Of a DNA stretch of 64,000 bases, positions 37,746 through 50,085 are shown one piece after another (position 1 is the stretch's first letter; each line of letters starts with the position of its first letter). Source of the DNA: Octopus vulgaris (Eukaryota); the NCBI GenBank assembly GCA_951406725.2, contig OX597818.1:100316001-100380000 (forward strand). The letters run 5' to 3'. The translations under genes were made by a program, and so were the position numbers. The notes under the pieces are model-generated. The model searched no databases. It was not told the origin of the DNA and saw nothing but the letters and a program-made list of their open reading frames with translations.

Positions 37746-38370
37746 GCACAACAAGCATATTTTCTCTTACTTTCTGCTCAGCTTCCCTCTAATTTCCCTA
37801 AACGTTTTCTTATTCCTTTCGCTAATTTTTTTTCCCAATCTGCTTTTACTGCTCTCTACATCTCTCTACATCTCTCTACATCTCTCACCTTCCCTCCTTC
37901 TTTTTATCACTCTCTTACTTTCCCCCTCTTAACTAAGGCTCCTTATTTCCCCCCTCCCCATTCTCCGTCTGTTGACTTCCTTTCACTATCTCATTTCTTC
38001 CTCTCAGCACATAGGATTGACGTATTATTCTATCACTAACCTCTTATTCCCCGCCTCTTCATTTCCTTAAAGTCACCTTCTCCCTTCCACGATCTCTCTC
38101 TCTCTCTCTCTCTCTCCGCGCCCGCTCCACCTATCACTATTTATTGCATACGAAAAATATATTTTTTAATATATATACATTACAAATACACATGTACAAA
38201 CATACACACACATACATATGAAAATATTTCGTAGTTGAATGCGTAAGCACACAGACACACATACACATAGATACATACATATACACACATGCATGTATAT
38301 ATGTATATATATAAATATAATTATATATATATAAATATATATTTATCTATGTGTATATATATAAATATAT

Positions 38371-38565
38371 AAGGCGCAGGAGTGGCTGTGTGGTAAGTAG
38401 CTTGCTAACCAACCACATGGTTCCGGGTTCAGTCCCACTGCGTGGCATCTTGGGTAAGTGTCTTCTGCTATAGCCCCGGGCCAACCAATGCCTTGTGAGT
38501 GGATTTGGCAGACAGAAACTGAAAGAAGCCTGTCGTATATATGTATATATATGTATATGAGTGTA

Positions 38566-38598
<33 letters not shown>

Positions 38599-38792
38599 GT
38601 TTCCTAGCATTGCTTGACAACCGATGCTGGTGTGTTTACGTCCCCGTCACTTAGCGGTTCGGCGAAAGAGACCGATAGAATAAGTACTGGGCTTACAAAG
38701 AATAAGTCCCGGGGTCGATTTGCTCGACTAAAGGCGGTGCTCCAGCATGGCCGCAGTCAAATGACTGAAACAAGTAAAAGAGTAAAAGAGTA
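38371..38792 (+). mobile_element. SINE family B, full length
   Basis: AGGCGCAGGAGTGGCTGTGTGGTAAG ... CAGTCAAATGACTGAAACAAGTAAAAGAGTAAAAGAG. Confidence 0.92.
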
Positions 38793-38805
38793 AAGGATGC
38801 ATATG

Positions 38806-38856
<51 letters not shown>

Positions 38857-38936
38857 TACATATATAAGTGTATATATAAATATATATATGTAAGTATATA
38901 GTTGTATGTATATATACGTATATATACGTATATATG

Positions 38937-38998
<62 letters not shown>

Positions 38999-39877
38999 CA
39001 CACATATACACGTGTCTGTGTGAGTGTTTACAGCTGACTGCGTTTATCTACGCCATTTTAGAGTGACACGTTTGTAGACACATGTATTTATATAACATGC
39101 ATATTACGGCTGCATATACACTTGTATATGTCAATCTGTATGCACAAACATACACGTTTTCACGCATATCTATATATATGCAAATATATATACCTGTATT
39201 TAGGTGTTCCTGACAATGCATCTATTCATGCATGCGTGCATATAAATGTGTGCATATGTATGTATGCATTTGTGCATGAGACATGTGTTCAATATATACA
39301 GGTGTGCATTTAAAGATGTACACACACACACACATACACACAGACAAACACACATACAGGTGCATATATATGTGTATATAATTATGTATATGTATGTGTG
39401 TATATATAGATGCGTGTATACATAAATATATACATATATACTAACACGTATATAGCTACACGTAGACGTGATTACATTTGTGTGTGTATTTAAATAAATA
39501 TGCATCTATATATGCATTTGTGTATATACATATACATAGATTCATATATACGCACACACACACTGTATATATATATGTCTATCGGCAGTTAAGGCTATAT
39601 ACGCCAAATATACGCACACACTTTACGCATGACAACGAATATATACATTCTCTCACTATCTCTTTTTTTTCACATGCTCTATACATCTATATATACACAA
39701 GTAGCCAAACATATATATTGGTGTATAATAGGGTGCCACGCAGATACATACACACAGGCAAATATACAATTCACATGTACACACGTTACAAGACATGCGC
39801 TAACGAACACACGAAATACGAACGTATATAATTCTCCTACAGTCACGTACACTCACATTCAAAAAACACAAATCATT

Positions 39878-39915
<38 letters not shown>

Positions 39916-40333
39916 ACACACACATACACATGCTAATGCACACGCACACATCTGTACAACGCATGCTTCTCTGCAAACGAACACTCGCCTTCGCATCGAT
40001 TAAAACAGACACTTACTCAAGATCAGACTCCTTCTGTTTTTCTCTCTGTCATTCTGTCTTCCTTTTCCATTCACACACACACACACACACACAGACGCTA
40101 GTTGTATACCATGTAATATACACACTCACCGAGGTACTGTTTAAAATTCATAAACCTACTGCTATATACACACTTATACACAAGCATACAGCCGCAAAAA
40201 TAGCAAATGCCAAATATATACAGGTGTAGTAATCCTATACAAAGTCGATAAGACGTGTGCCAATTATTCTACACCTGCCGAGTGACGTGCAATATAAGCT
40301 AGCATTGATCCTTTAGATATGCGAGCCATCTAT

Positions 40334-40365
<32 letters not shown>

Positions 40366-40491
40366 CTCTCTCTCTCTTTCACCCTGACATCGTTTTTCAG
40401 TTTTGTTGGGTTCTGCATATATGTATGTATTTTTACCTGCGTGTAGGTGTGTATGATTATATATATGTACAGTTCTGTCATTATGCATGCA

Positions 40492-40604
40492 TAGGCGCAG
40501 GAGTGGCTGTGTGGTAAGTAGCTTGCTTGCAAACTGCGTGGCACCTTGGGCAAGTGTCTTCTACTATAGCCTCGGGCAGAACAGTGGATATATAAACTGA
40601 AAGG

Positions 40605-40638
<34 letters not shown>

Positions 40639-40872
40639 GTGTGTATGTGTGTGTGTGAGTGTGTGTTTGTGTGTCTGTATTTGTCCCCCCAGCATCGCTT
40701 GACAACCGATGCTGATATGTTTACGTCCCCGTAACTTAGCGCTTCGGCAAAAGAGCCCGATAGAATAAATACCCGGCTTACAACGAATAAGTCCAGGGGT
40801 CGATTTGCTCGACTGAAGGCGGTGCCCCAGCATGGCCGCAGTCAAATGACTGAAACAAGCAAAAGAATAAAA
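40492..40872 (+). mobile_element. SINE family B with internal deletions
   Basis: Head and tail match family B. Confidence 0.85.
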
Positions 40873-42044
40873 AGTATATGTGTGTATTGTGTAGAAATAT
40901 GTGTGACAAAATGTGACTAGTTTTATGTTTTACCTGTATATGTTTGTGTATAAATGTGTGATGACGTATGTATGTGTTGGCCTATGTGTTTGTATATGTG
41001 TATGTGTGTTTCTTCGGATGGAAAAATGTAAATATGGATAGCTATAGTTTAAGTGTAGTGTATACGAGTGCGTTGAGTATGAGTGTGTGTGCGGGTGTAT
41101 GCCTGTGTGTCTGTGTGTCGGTGTCTGTATATGTGTGTCTGTGTGCCTGCGTGTGTAAATGTATGCAATATTCGTGTGCGTGGGTCGGTCTGTCTACGTG
41201 TGACCGTGTGCGCTTATGTATGTATACGATTGTCTGTATAGGTGAGTGCATGTGCTTGTGTTGTTATGTGTCAACGTCTACGTGTGAGTTTGTGTGTACG
41301 TGTGTATGTGTGTGTATGTGTGTGCATACCTATGTCTCAGTGTGTGTGTGTGTGTGTGTGTGTTTGTACAGTAGTACGTTGCAGCTGGTTGGTGTATCAC
41401 GACTACTCCCGCCAACTCCCATTCCTTGCCCACCACCAGATAATATGCATAACGAGAAGTGACAGCTCGTTGTGTTATTGTAATGCTTCTGATGGTCGTC
41501 GCTTCACTTGGAGGTGGCGGTGACAGCAAAATCAATTATGGCGATGGTGGTGGTGGTCACGGTTGAAATGACTGTGCTAATGAGTGTGCTGATGATAGAG
41601 GAGGAGGCGAGTGGTGTGTTTAGTGATGATGATGTCACTGCCTCCATTATTATTGTTGAGGGTAGTGCTGTTGCTGGGGTTTGCAGTGTTGACGGTAGCT
41701 TCTGCTACGTGTGGTTCTGTCGTGGTAGTTTATGAAAATATAATGCCGAGCGTTACTGCGGTCACGGTTTATGCTGTTTCTTTTATATATATTTTGCTCC
41801 TAGATAATATGATAATGCTAGTGATAGTTTTGCGGATGCTGTAAGAAGAAATGATGGCTGCTTTATTTATTTATTTATTTATAATTATTGTTATTATTAT
41901 TATTGTTCGTTTTTCTTTCTCTTTCTCTTTCTCTGGTGGTTTTATCTCATTTGTGGTTTGATCTGCTGTAGCTGTTTGTGTTCGCAGGATATGGAGGGTG
42001 GCGTAAAGTTTAATGTCCATGTATGGCGTTTAGCTTGAGATGTG

Positions 42045-42180
<136 letters not shown>

Positions 42181-42181
42181 T

Positions 42182-42408
42182 AGGCGGCGAGCTGGCAGAA
42201 AAGTTAGCGCGCCGGGCGAAATGCTTAGAGGTATTTCGTCTGCCATAACGTTCTGAGTTCGAATTCCGCCAAGGTCGACTTTGCCTTTCATCCTTTCGGG
42301 GTCGATAAATAAAGTACCAGTTATGCACTGGGGTCGACGTAATCGACTTAATCTCTTTGTCTGTCCTTGTTCGTCCCCTCTATGTTTAGTCCCTTGTGGG
42401 CAATAAAG

Positions 42409-42412
<4 letters not shown>
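42182..42412 (+). mobile_element. SINE family A
   Basis: Full-length match, between (TA)n tracts. Confidence 0.9.
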
Positions 42413-42441
<29 letters not shown>

Positions 42442-42687
42442 TGTGTGTGTGTGTATTGAGTTGTGTATATGTATGTCTCTATGTGTACATGTATGTGTGT
42501 GCGTGCGTGCGGTTTATGTTCAGATAAATGGTGTAATGCCGTTAATGAAATTTCATGGTGAAAACCATTGGTTTTTATCGAGATAACTGTTATTGTTTTG
42601 CTAATGTATAACCCCAGGGCATCTCTTATTAAAATTTTCCAACGTTGCCCAACCCATCTCTTTTATTGCTTTGAAATACATAATAAT

Positions 42688-42937
42688 AAAATAAATGCGC
42701 CCTTTTAAAGCCTAGTCAGGTTCATGAGCCCGGTTTCCCGGATTATATGGCGTATGTGTTCCCCAGCTGAACGGGACGCCAGTCCATCGCAACGTTACTT
42801 ATTTTTGCCAGCTGAGTGGACTGGAGCAACGTGAAATGAAGTGTTTTGCTCAAGAAAACAATCCGTCGCCCGGTCCAGGAATTGAAACCACAATCTTACG
42901 ATCATGGTGCTGACACCCTAACCACTAAGCCTCCACT
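42688..42937 (-). mobile_element. SINE family D
   Basis: Reverse complement of 45113-45366; tRNA-like head TAGTGGTTAGG...GGTTTCAATTCC. Confidence 0.85.
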
Positions 42938-43407
42938 TTGAGATGTATAGTTTCTACTTTTTAGTGGGAAGACCCAACATATGGAAAGTTCTTTCATATG
43001 TTTCTATTGTGGGGTTATAGTTAAATTAATGGTATTTTTAATTGTTAAGTTAGGAGCAGAGCATTGCCTTGTGTAAATTGGTCCTGTTGATGAATCATCA
43101 TAGCCTTCGTTTTGCGGCACTCCTCGGCGATGTGACAGAATCATTAAAACCCTCGGCAGAATACTTACCTGTGTTTCGCCCGTATTTACGTTCTGAATTC
43201 AAATGCAACTCAGGTCGACTTTCATCCTCTCGGGGATCGATAAAATACGTACCAGCTGGTGCTAGGGTCTACGTAATCGGCTCATCTCTTCCCCGAAATC
43301 CATGCCATTGTGCCAAAATGAAAATTGAAACTACTATGAATGTAGATCAAATGTAGGAACAGTTTATGAGTTTATGCTTTAATGTATCTGCTATCCTAGC
43401 CACGTTG

Positions 43408-43738
43408 ATGGCGCATAGGTCAGTGGTTAGAGCGGAGAGCGTACGATCGTGAGGTTGTGAGTTTGATTCACAGACCGGGCTGTGTGTATTTTCTTGAGCA
43501 AGATACTTTATTTCACGTTGCTCCAGTTCACTCAGCTCTAGAAATGCCTAGCGACATCACTGGTGCCAAGCTGTATCGGCCTTTGCCTTCCCCTTGGATA
43601 ACATCAGTGATGTGGAAAGGAGAGGCTGGTATGCATGGGCGACTGCCAGTCTTCCACAAACAACCTTGCCCTGACGTTTGCCTCGGAGGGTAACTTTCTA
43701 AGTGCAATCCCATGGTCATTCATGACCGAAGGGGTCTC
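43408..43738 (+). mobile_element. SINE family C
   Basis: Colinear with 22812-23140. Confidence 0.9.
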
Positions 43739-43949
43739 CTCCTCCTATCCTAGCCATGTGTCGGACCAACTGAAATGTGGTAAGCGGAAACTATATAGAA
43801 ACCTTTCGAGGTGAGTGGTTCTATTGGATAAGAATTTAGTCTCTACAGGTGAATTGACAGATTGCTACATAGAACGATCGACTACTTGTCAGTATTTTGT
43901 TATTCCATTGCGTTCTGTTCTACTCTAGACACAATGCTCAAACTTTTTT

Positions 43950-44530
43950 TGGGGAGGGTGCTGGTCGATTAGATCAACCCCAGTACGCAACTGGTACTTA
44001 GTTTATCGACCCCGAAAGGATGAAAGGCAAATTCGACCTCGGCGGAATTTGAACTCAGAACGTAACGGCAGACGAAATACCACCAAACATTTCGCTCGGC
44101 GTGCTAGCGTTTCTTATTTCTTTACAGCCCACAAGGGACTAAACATAGAGGGGAAAAACAAGGACAGACAAAGAGATTAAGTCGATTATATCGACCCCAG
44201 TACGTAACTGGTACTTATTTAAACGAACCCGAAAGGATGAAATGCAAAGTCGACCTCGCCGGAATTTGAACTCAGAACGTAGCGGCAGACGAAACACCTA
44301 TTTCTTTACAACCCACAAGGGGTTAAACACAGAGGAGACAAACAAGAATAGACAGACGGATTAAGTTGATTATATCGACCCCAGTGCGTAACGGGTACTT
44401 AATTTATCGACTCTGAAAGGATGAAAGGCAAAGTCGACCTCGGCGGAATTTGAACTTAGAACGTAGCGGCAGACGAAATACTACTAAGCATTTCGTCCAG
44501 TGTGCTAACTTTTCTGCCAACTCGCCGCCT
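43950..44530 (-). mobile_element. SINE family A trimer
   Basis: Three head-to-tail units; the second and third are 5'-truncated. Confidence 0.88.
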
Positions 44531-45112
44531 TGCAGTCCTTTGCGTTTTGACAACGGACTGTAATGATACATAATTCGAATTATATCGATCCAATTCCGTA
44601 GCCATGACTTCGACGGAGAGGGCCAACTGAAATATAAGGAAAACTACCTGTCATCTGCATAAATTCTTGCTCCGGACCTGCATACTTGTGGGCAAGGAAA
44701 TGATCATAAGTTGTGTATGGGAAATGACTAGTATAACATAAGTAGAACTCAGTCACCAATTAATTAAATGCATGGTTTATTTTGATAGCGAGAGATCTCT
44801 CAGACACCTCAACCGCGTCACGAGTCCAGTTGCTTTGACAAATCCAGTTGCTTTGACACTGAATCCACGAAACGGATAAACACTCCGGGAGTTCTAATGA
44901 TTCTGCCACCTCACCGAGGAGTGCCGCAAATCGAAGGCTACGACGAGTCATCCACAAAACCAATACCACAATTTACACAAGGCAATGCTCAGCTCCTAAC
45001 TTAACAATTATAAATACCATTAATTTAACTATAAACTCACAATAGAAACATATGAAAGAACTTTCCATATGTTGGGTCTTCTCACTAAAAAGTAGAAACT
45101 ATACATCTCAAA

Positions 45113-45366
45113 GTGGAGGCGCGTGGCTTATTGGTTAGGGTCCCAGCACCATGATCGTAAGATTGTGGTTTCGATTCCTGGACCGGACGACGCATTGTGT
45201 TCTTGATCAAAACACTTCATTTCACGTTGCTCCAGTCCACTCAGCTGGCAAAAATGAGTAACGTTGCGATGGACTGGCGTCCCGTTCAGCTGGGAAACAC
45301 ATACGCCATATAATCCGGGAAACCGGGTCTATGAGCCTGGCTAGGCTTTAAAAGGGCGCATTTATT
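45113..45366 (+). mobile_element. SINE family D
   Basis: GGAGGCGCGTGGCTTATTGGTTAGG...GGTTTCGATTCCTGGACCGG...GATGGACTGGCGTCCCGT. Confidence 0.85.
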
Positions 45367-46059
45367 ATTTTTTTTACATAGAGATCATTCATTAATCGTG
45401 TGCAGCTAAGCGGTTGCCTGCCAGAAAGAAAGACCATTATTGCACTTAACAATTTACACAGTAACGGTGTATCAGTAAACATTCGTCAGATAATTTACAC
45501 AACTATATGCCTTCATCTCATATTGCAGCTCTTTGCAGCTATGCGGCAAAGATACGGTTCATGCTTATCAAGACTGAGATGGACATATTTGTTTATCTTT
45601 TCATTGTCATCTTCGATCATAATTGTAACAGCACACCTGTTTGTACACTTACAATCACAAATCTGCTGCTGATTTACTTGTAAACGCGCACAAGCTCAGA
45701 AATATTCGTACACACATAAAGCTTCATATATAACACATACACACACATGTTTATATATATACATATATATGTGTGTGTATGTGTGTGTGATATGTATGTA
45801 TATTCAGACACACGGGCACTACTATATGTATGTATGTGTTTATTTGAATTATTTCCCTCTATGACCTTCTGAATATGAAGCCATCACTGGATGATTTCAG
45901 TAACATACCAGCTTTGGCTATGTATATATAAGAAATTAAAAAGGGAAAATACGCACTCTTTACATAATTTTAATATTATTTTTAATACATCGACCGGTTT
46001 CGCTATCGCTATTCATGATATTATGTTTTACTTATTTGAATATGTATTTTCTTAAGAAG

Positions 46060-46106
<47 letters not shown>

Positions 46107-46109
46107 GTA

Positions 46110-46630
46110 TAGTTAATCCAAACATGGACAGGCAAGAAAAAACAACAAAAAACAACAACGCAAGGACGTGGAATAAATGCAGTATTATTGGTGGTGATAA
46201 AAGAGAAAAGTGAAAGTAGAAAGAAGAAATATTAAGGGAGGACGAGAAAAAGTGGAAGAGTCACGGACAAATTGTGATGATTTCCAATCAAGATTAGAGT
46301 GGCGTAATCCGAATGAATCGTAACAGTAATCGGCAGGTATAAGAATTCCAGGAATTCGTTGCTCCAAAGTCAGTCATAAGGCCGGTGTCCGTGTGAGCGT
46401 TGGGTATATATAGTTAATCCAAACATGAACCAGCAAGAAAAAACAACAACAAAAAATAACAACGACTACGCGAGGACGTGGAATAAGTACAGTGATATTG
46501 GACGCTCACGAGAGGAAAGAAAAGAAAGAGGGTTTCACGTTTCGAGCGGAGCTTTTCGTCAGAAATATAGAAAAAGTCCAAAGAAGGGAAGACGGTGAAA
46601 GTAACTCCACAACGATACACACGCGGTCAC
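46110..46630 (-). mobile_element. Two tandem PLE-like terminal fragments; hammerhead motif at 46533-46565
   Basis: Repeated GTTAATCCAAACATG...AACAACG(CG)AGGACGTGGAATAA at 46111 and 46413; reverse complement TTT-CTGACGA-A-AAGC-TCC-GCTC-GAAAC-GT-G-AAA. Confidence 0.6.
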
Positions 46631-46755
46631 ATATTGATATATATGTATATATATATAAAGAAAGTTTGTTTAATGAGGTTGAAGTTATTTCCCATAATGA
46701 AATCGCCCAATGATGGCTTCATATTTCAGAAGGTCATAGAAGGAAATAATCAGAA

Positions 46756-46830
<75 letters not shown>

Positions 46831-46835
<5 letters not shown>

Positions 46836-47575
46836 TAAATTTTAGGGTAGCAAAAAATTCTAGAAAAATTCTCCGCTACCAGCGGTCAAGTGAGAAAGAA
46901 AAGATAGTCAATAGACTATATAATATCTATATAATAAACATTCAAAGATATAAGGGACGGCCATAATAGGACATCCGACTCACTAGAAAGAGCAGCCAAA
47001 CTCCAAACCACTAATAGTTGTAATTCTGAAATGGATAGAGACATAAAAACGTTTACCCTCTCCTTTCTGGACTATGCATAGTTTCGGCAATCTTTTGTAA
47101 ATAAATTAATGTAATTAATTTATTTTCCACTGGCGTTGCCTCGTCAGCAGAAAAGCCAAGGACTAAGATATATACACGAAGCGATGATAAACATGCCTCG
47201 AGTCTATATGCTATAAATTTTCAAAATCCACCACGCTCGTGCGGTTTACTCAGCAGTAAATATAAACTGCCGATTTAATTTCAAAATTAGCCAAAAAATC
47301 ATTAATTGATAAATTTTAGGGTAGCAAAAAATTCTAGAAAAATTCTCCGCTACCAGCGGTCAAATGAGAAAGAAAAAATAGTCAATAGACTATATAATAT
47401 ACATTCAAACATATAAGAGACGGTCATAATAGGACACCCGACTCACTAGAAAGAGCAGCAAAACTCCAAACCATTAATAGTTGTAATTCTGAAATGGAAA
47501 GAGAAATAAAAACGTTTACCCTCTCCTTTCTGGAATATGCATATTTTGGGCAATCTTTTGTAAATAAATTAATTT
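46831..47575 (-). mobile_element. Partial tandem repeat (period ~472 bp) carrying a canonical hammerhead; PLE pLTR/retrozyme-like
   Basis: 46831-47110 is repeated at ~47303-47572; flanked by (TA)n on both sides. Confidence 0.8.
47063..47154 (-). ncRNA. Type I hammerhead ribozyme, canonical core, GUC cleavage site
   Basis: Reverse complement TTTCTG-CTGACGA-GGCAA...TTGCC-GAAA-CTATGCATAG-TC-CAGAAA; all three stems pair; predicted cut between 47070 and 47069. Confidence 0.85.
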
Positions 47576-47582
47576 GATTGTC

Positions 47583-47624
<42 letters not shown>

Positions 47625-47627
<3 letters not shown>

Positions 47628-47770
47628 GCGCAGGTGTAACTTTGTGGTAAGAAGCTTGCTTTCCAACTACATTGTTCCCGGTACCTTGGGCAAGTGTCTT
47701 CTACTATAGCCTCGGGCTGACCAAAGTCTTGTGAGTGGATTTGATAGACGGAATCTGAGAGAAGCCCGTC

Positions 47771-47772
<2 letters not shown>
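47625..47772 (+). mobile_element. SINE family B 5' part
   Basis: AGGCGCAGG...CCTTGGGCAAGTGTCTTCTACTATAGCCTCGGG. Confidence 0.8.
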
Positions 47773-47816
<44 letters not shown>

Positions 47817-47821
<5 letters not shown>

Positions 47822-48057
47822 TGAGCAAGGTACTTCATTTCAACTTGCTCCAGTCCACTCAGCTGGTAAAAATGAGTATTACCTGTATTTCAGACGGGCA
47901 GCCATATCATACGCCGTGTCACGTCGAATCTCTCTGAGAATTACAGTAAGGGCACACGTGTCTGTGCAGTGCTCGCATGCACGTTAATTTCACGAGCAGG
48001 CTCTTCCGTTGACTGGATCAACTGGAACCCTCGTCGTCGTAGGTGACGGAGTGCCAT
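47817..48057 (+). mobile_element. 5'-truncated SINE sharing central block with families C/D and tail with family E
   Basis: CCTTGAGCAAGG...GCTCCAGTCCACTCAGCTG; tail GGATCAACTGGAACCC...GACGGAG as at 58460-58500. Confidence 0.7.
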
Positions 48058-49031
48058 GTATATATATATTTATATATCTGTCAGGAAATATAGTATATAC
48101 CAAACAACTCTACCTGCGACTGAGATTGAATGCTTTTTCTATATTAACATTTCATAATACTTTTATCTTGCCAATCGCACTTGTCATAGAGCAACTACCC
48201 GACTATTAGCAAAATACATTACATACTTCGGACATTCTGTGTTTATTATTGAATATAATACTGTTCAGTTAATTCTGGCATTTATCCTTGGTTAAACAGG
48301 GTCTACGAGAGAAAGTTTAATTTATATGAATAACACCAGTATTGATGTAAACATCAATGGTTATTATTTTTATTAGGTTCTTACCGTTACCACGTTGTTG
48401 TGCTTAGTACGAATTCATGAAAAGCCAAGTACTTACTTGTCCAACAACTTAGTATATTTGAGGTAGTTTTCATATATTTTCTCATCATGTACTTTATGAC
48501 TTGCCATTATTTAACCTTCTCGTACTCTGTTTGTGCCAGCATCTTCAAGACTTGGAAACATAGTTGTAGGCTTCCAGAAATACTAGCACGCATGATAAAA
48601 TATCCACCAAGATGTAATTTCACCGTTTTCAACAAAAATTCTTGCCAGCATCGCTATTTCATGTTATCTATTATGTGTCGGTGAAATATATTAAAATGTT
48701 ACAATGCTTTAGATTGAATCGATTATAGCACTTTCTTCCAAATGTATGAAAATGTGCCAAAGTTAGAAATTATTTGTCTCTTGACAGCAAAGTGTGAGCA
48801 GAAAGTGTAACGTACTGGATTAATTGCCTCACCTTGATTAGTTTAATTTGGTAGTCGATTCTCATTTTATCTTACCGTATTCGGTAAATCAAATAACAGT
48901 CATATACATATTACGATATCTTCCATTCACAATACTGCAATGGCATTCCTCTAAGAATATAAACTCTTCCGTAATCAAATTTTTGAAAATATGCGGAAAA
49001 TCATCATAATAAAGTTAACGATGTTTATTAA

Positions 49032-49405
49032 AACTAACAGTATCGCGCGGCGTTGCTCGGGTTTGTTTCGACCCTTTAGAATTGGAATTTTTGAAAAGTA
49101 AAAATTTTGCGTCATGTAGCTTGTTATTCTCTTTAAGTGAACTTTTTTCTGGCTGAAATACACCGAAAAATGGTGACACAGCAGTCAATAAATCGTAAAA
49201 AATAAGGATTTTCATAGAAAAAAAGCACCTTTTGATGTAAATATTTTCAAAATAACATGGTCCGATTTGAAATTTTTCTTCTATGGAAGGAAGAGCTAGC
49301 CGTCTTCTAACATACTTTCAATTTTGGTCAACTTGCGCCGCAGGGTTTCGGAGGAGATAGTGTTAGTTGAAGGCTACCAAACCTCCCATACACAGACAAC
49401 TTCAG

Positions 49406-49415
<10 letters not shown>
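49032..49415 (-). mobile_element. Non-autonomous Helitron-like element
   Basis: Reverse complement starts (TA)nAAAGCTGAAGTTGTCTGTG and ends CAAACCCGAGCAACGCCGCGCGATACTGTTAG-T, the same 3' end as at 35455-35487. Confidence 0.6.
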
Positions 49416-49448
<33 letters not shown>

Positions 49449-49697
49449 TGAGACAATTACAGCTGATTTTGTTTTTGTTTTTCTGAAGAGCTTTGACGTA
49501 ATGCTAGTTGATGAAACGAATACGGGCACTGAGGATCCTGCTGTTATACTCTGCTTCCATCTAGCTGACGATTCTGCTGCAAGGGGCTTTTCAAATAGTT
49601 GGATGTAGCATTATGTGTGGTGTCACTAAACAATGCCAGTAATCTGCAGTGTAAGGCTGTATGCTTTCTTGTTTGTTTTTTAATGATAATTAGTAAA

Positions 49698-50085
49698 TAG
49701 GCGCAGCAGTGGCTGTGTGGCAAGTAGCTTGCTTACCAACCACATGGTTCCGGGTTCAGTCCCACTGCGTGGCACCTTGGCCAAGTGTCTTCTAATATAG
49801 CCTCGGGCCGACCAAAACCTTGTGAGTGGATTTGGTAGACGGAAACTGAAAGAACCCTGTCGTATATATGTATTTGTATATATATATGTGTGTCTCTTTG
49901 TGTGTCTGTGTTTGTCCCCCCAACGTCGCTTGACAACCGATGTTGGTGTGTTTACGCTCACGTAACTTAGCGGTTCGTCAAAAGAGACCGATTAAATAAG
50001 TGCTGGGATCGATTTGCTCGACTAAAGGCGGTGCTCAAGCATGGCCGCAGTCAAAAGAAGTAAAAGAAAGAAGTAAAAGAGTAAA
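49698..50085 (+). mobile_element. SINE family B
   Basis: Near full-length match. Confidence 0.9.

Noticed and set aside
45988-46012. Minus-strand GC-GAAAC-CG-GTC-GATG hammerhead 3' half
   Set aside because: No CUGANGA half before the (TA)n tract; counted only as a fragment.
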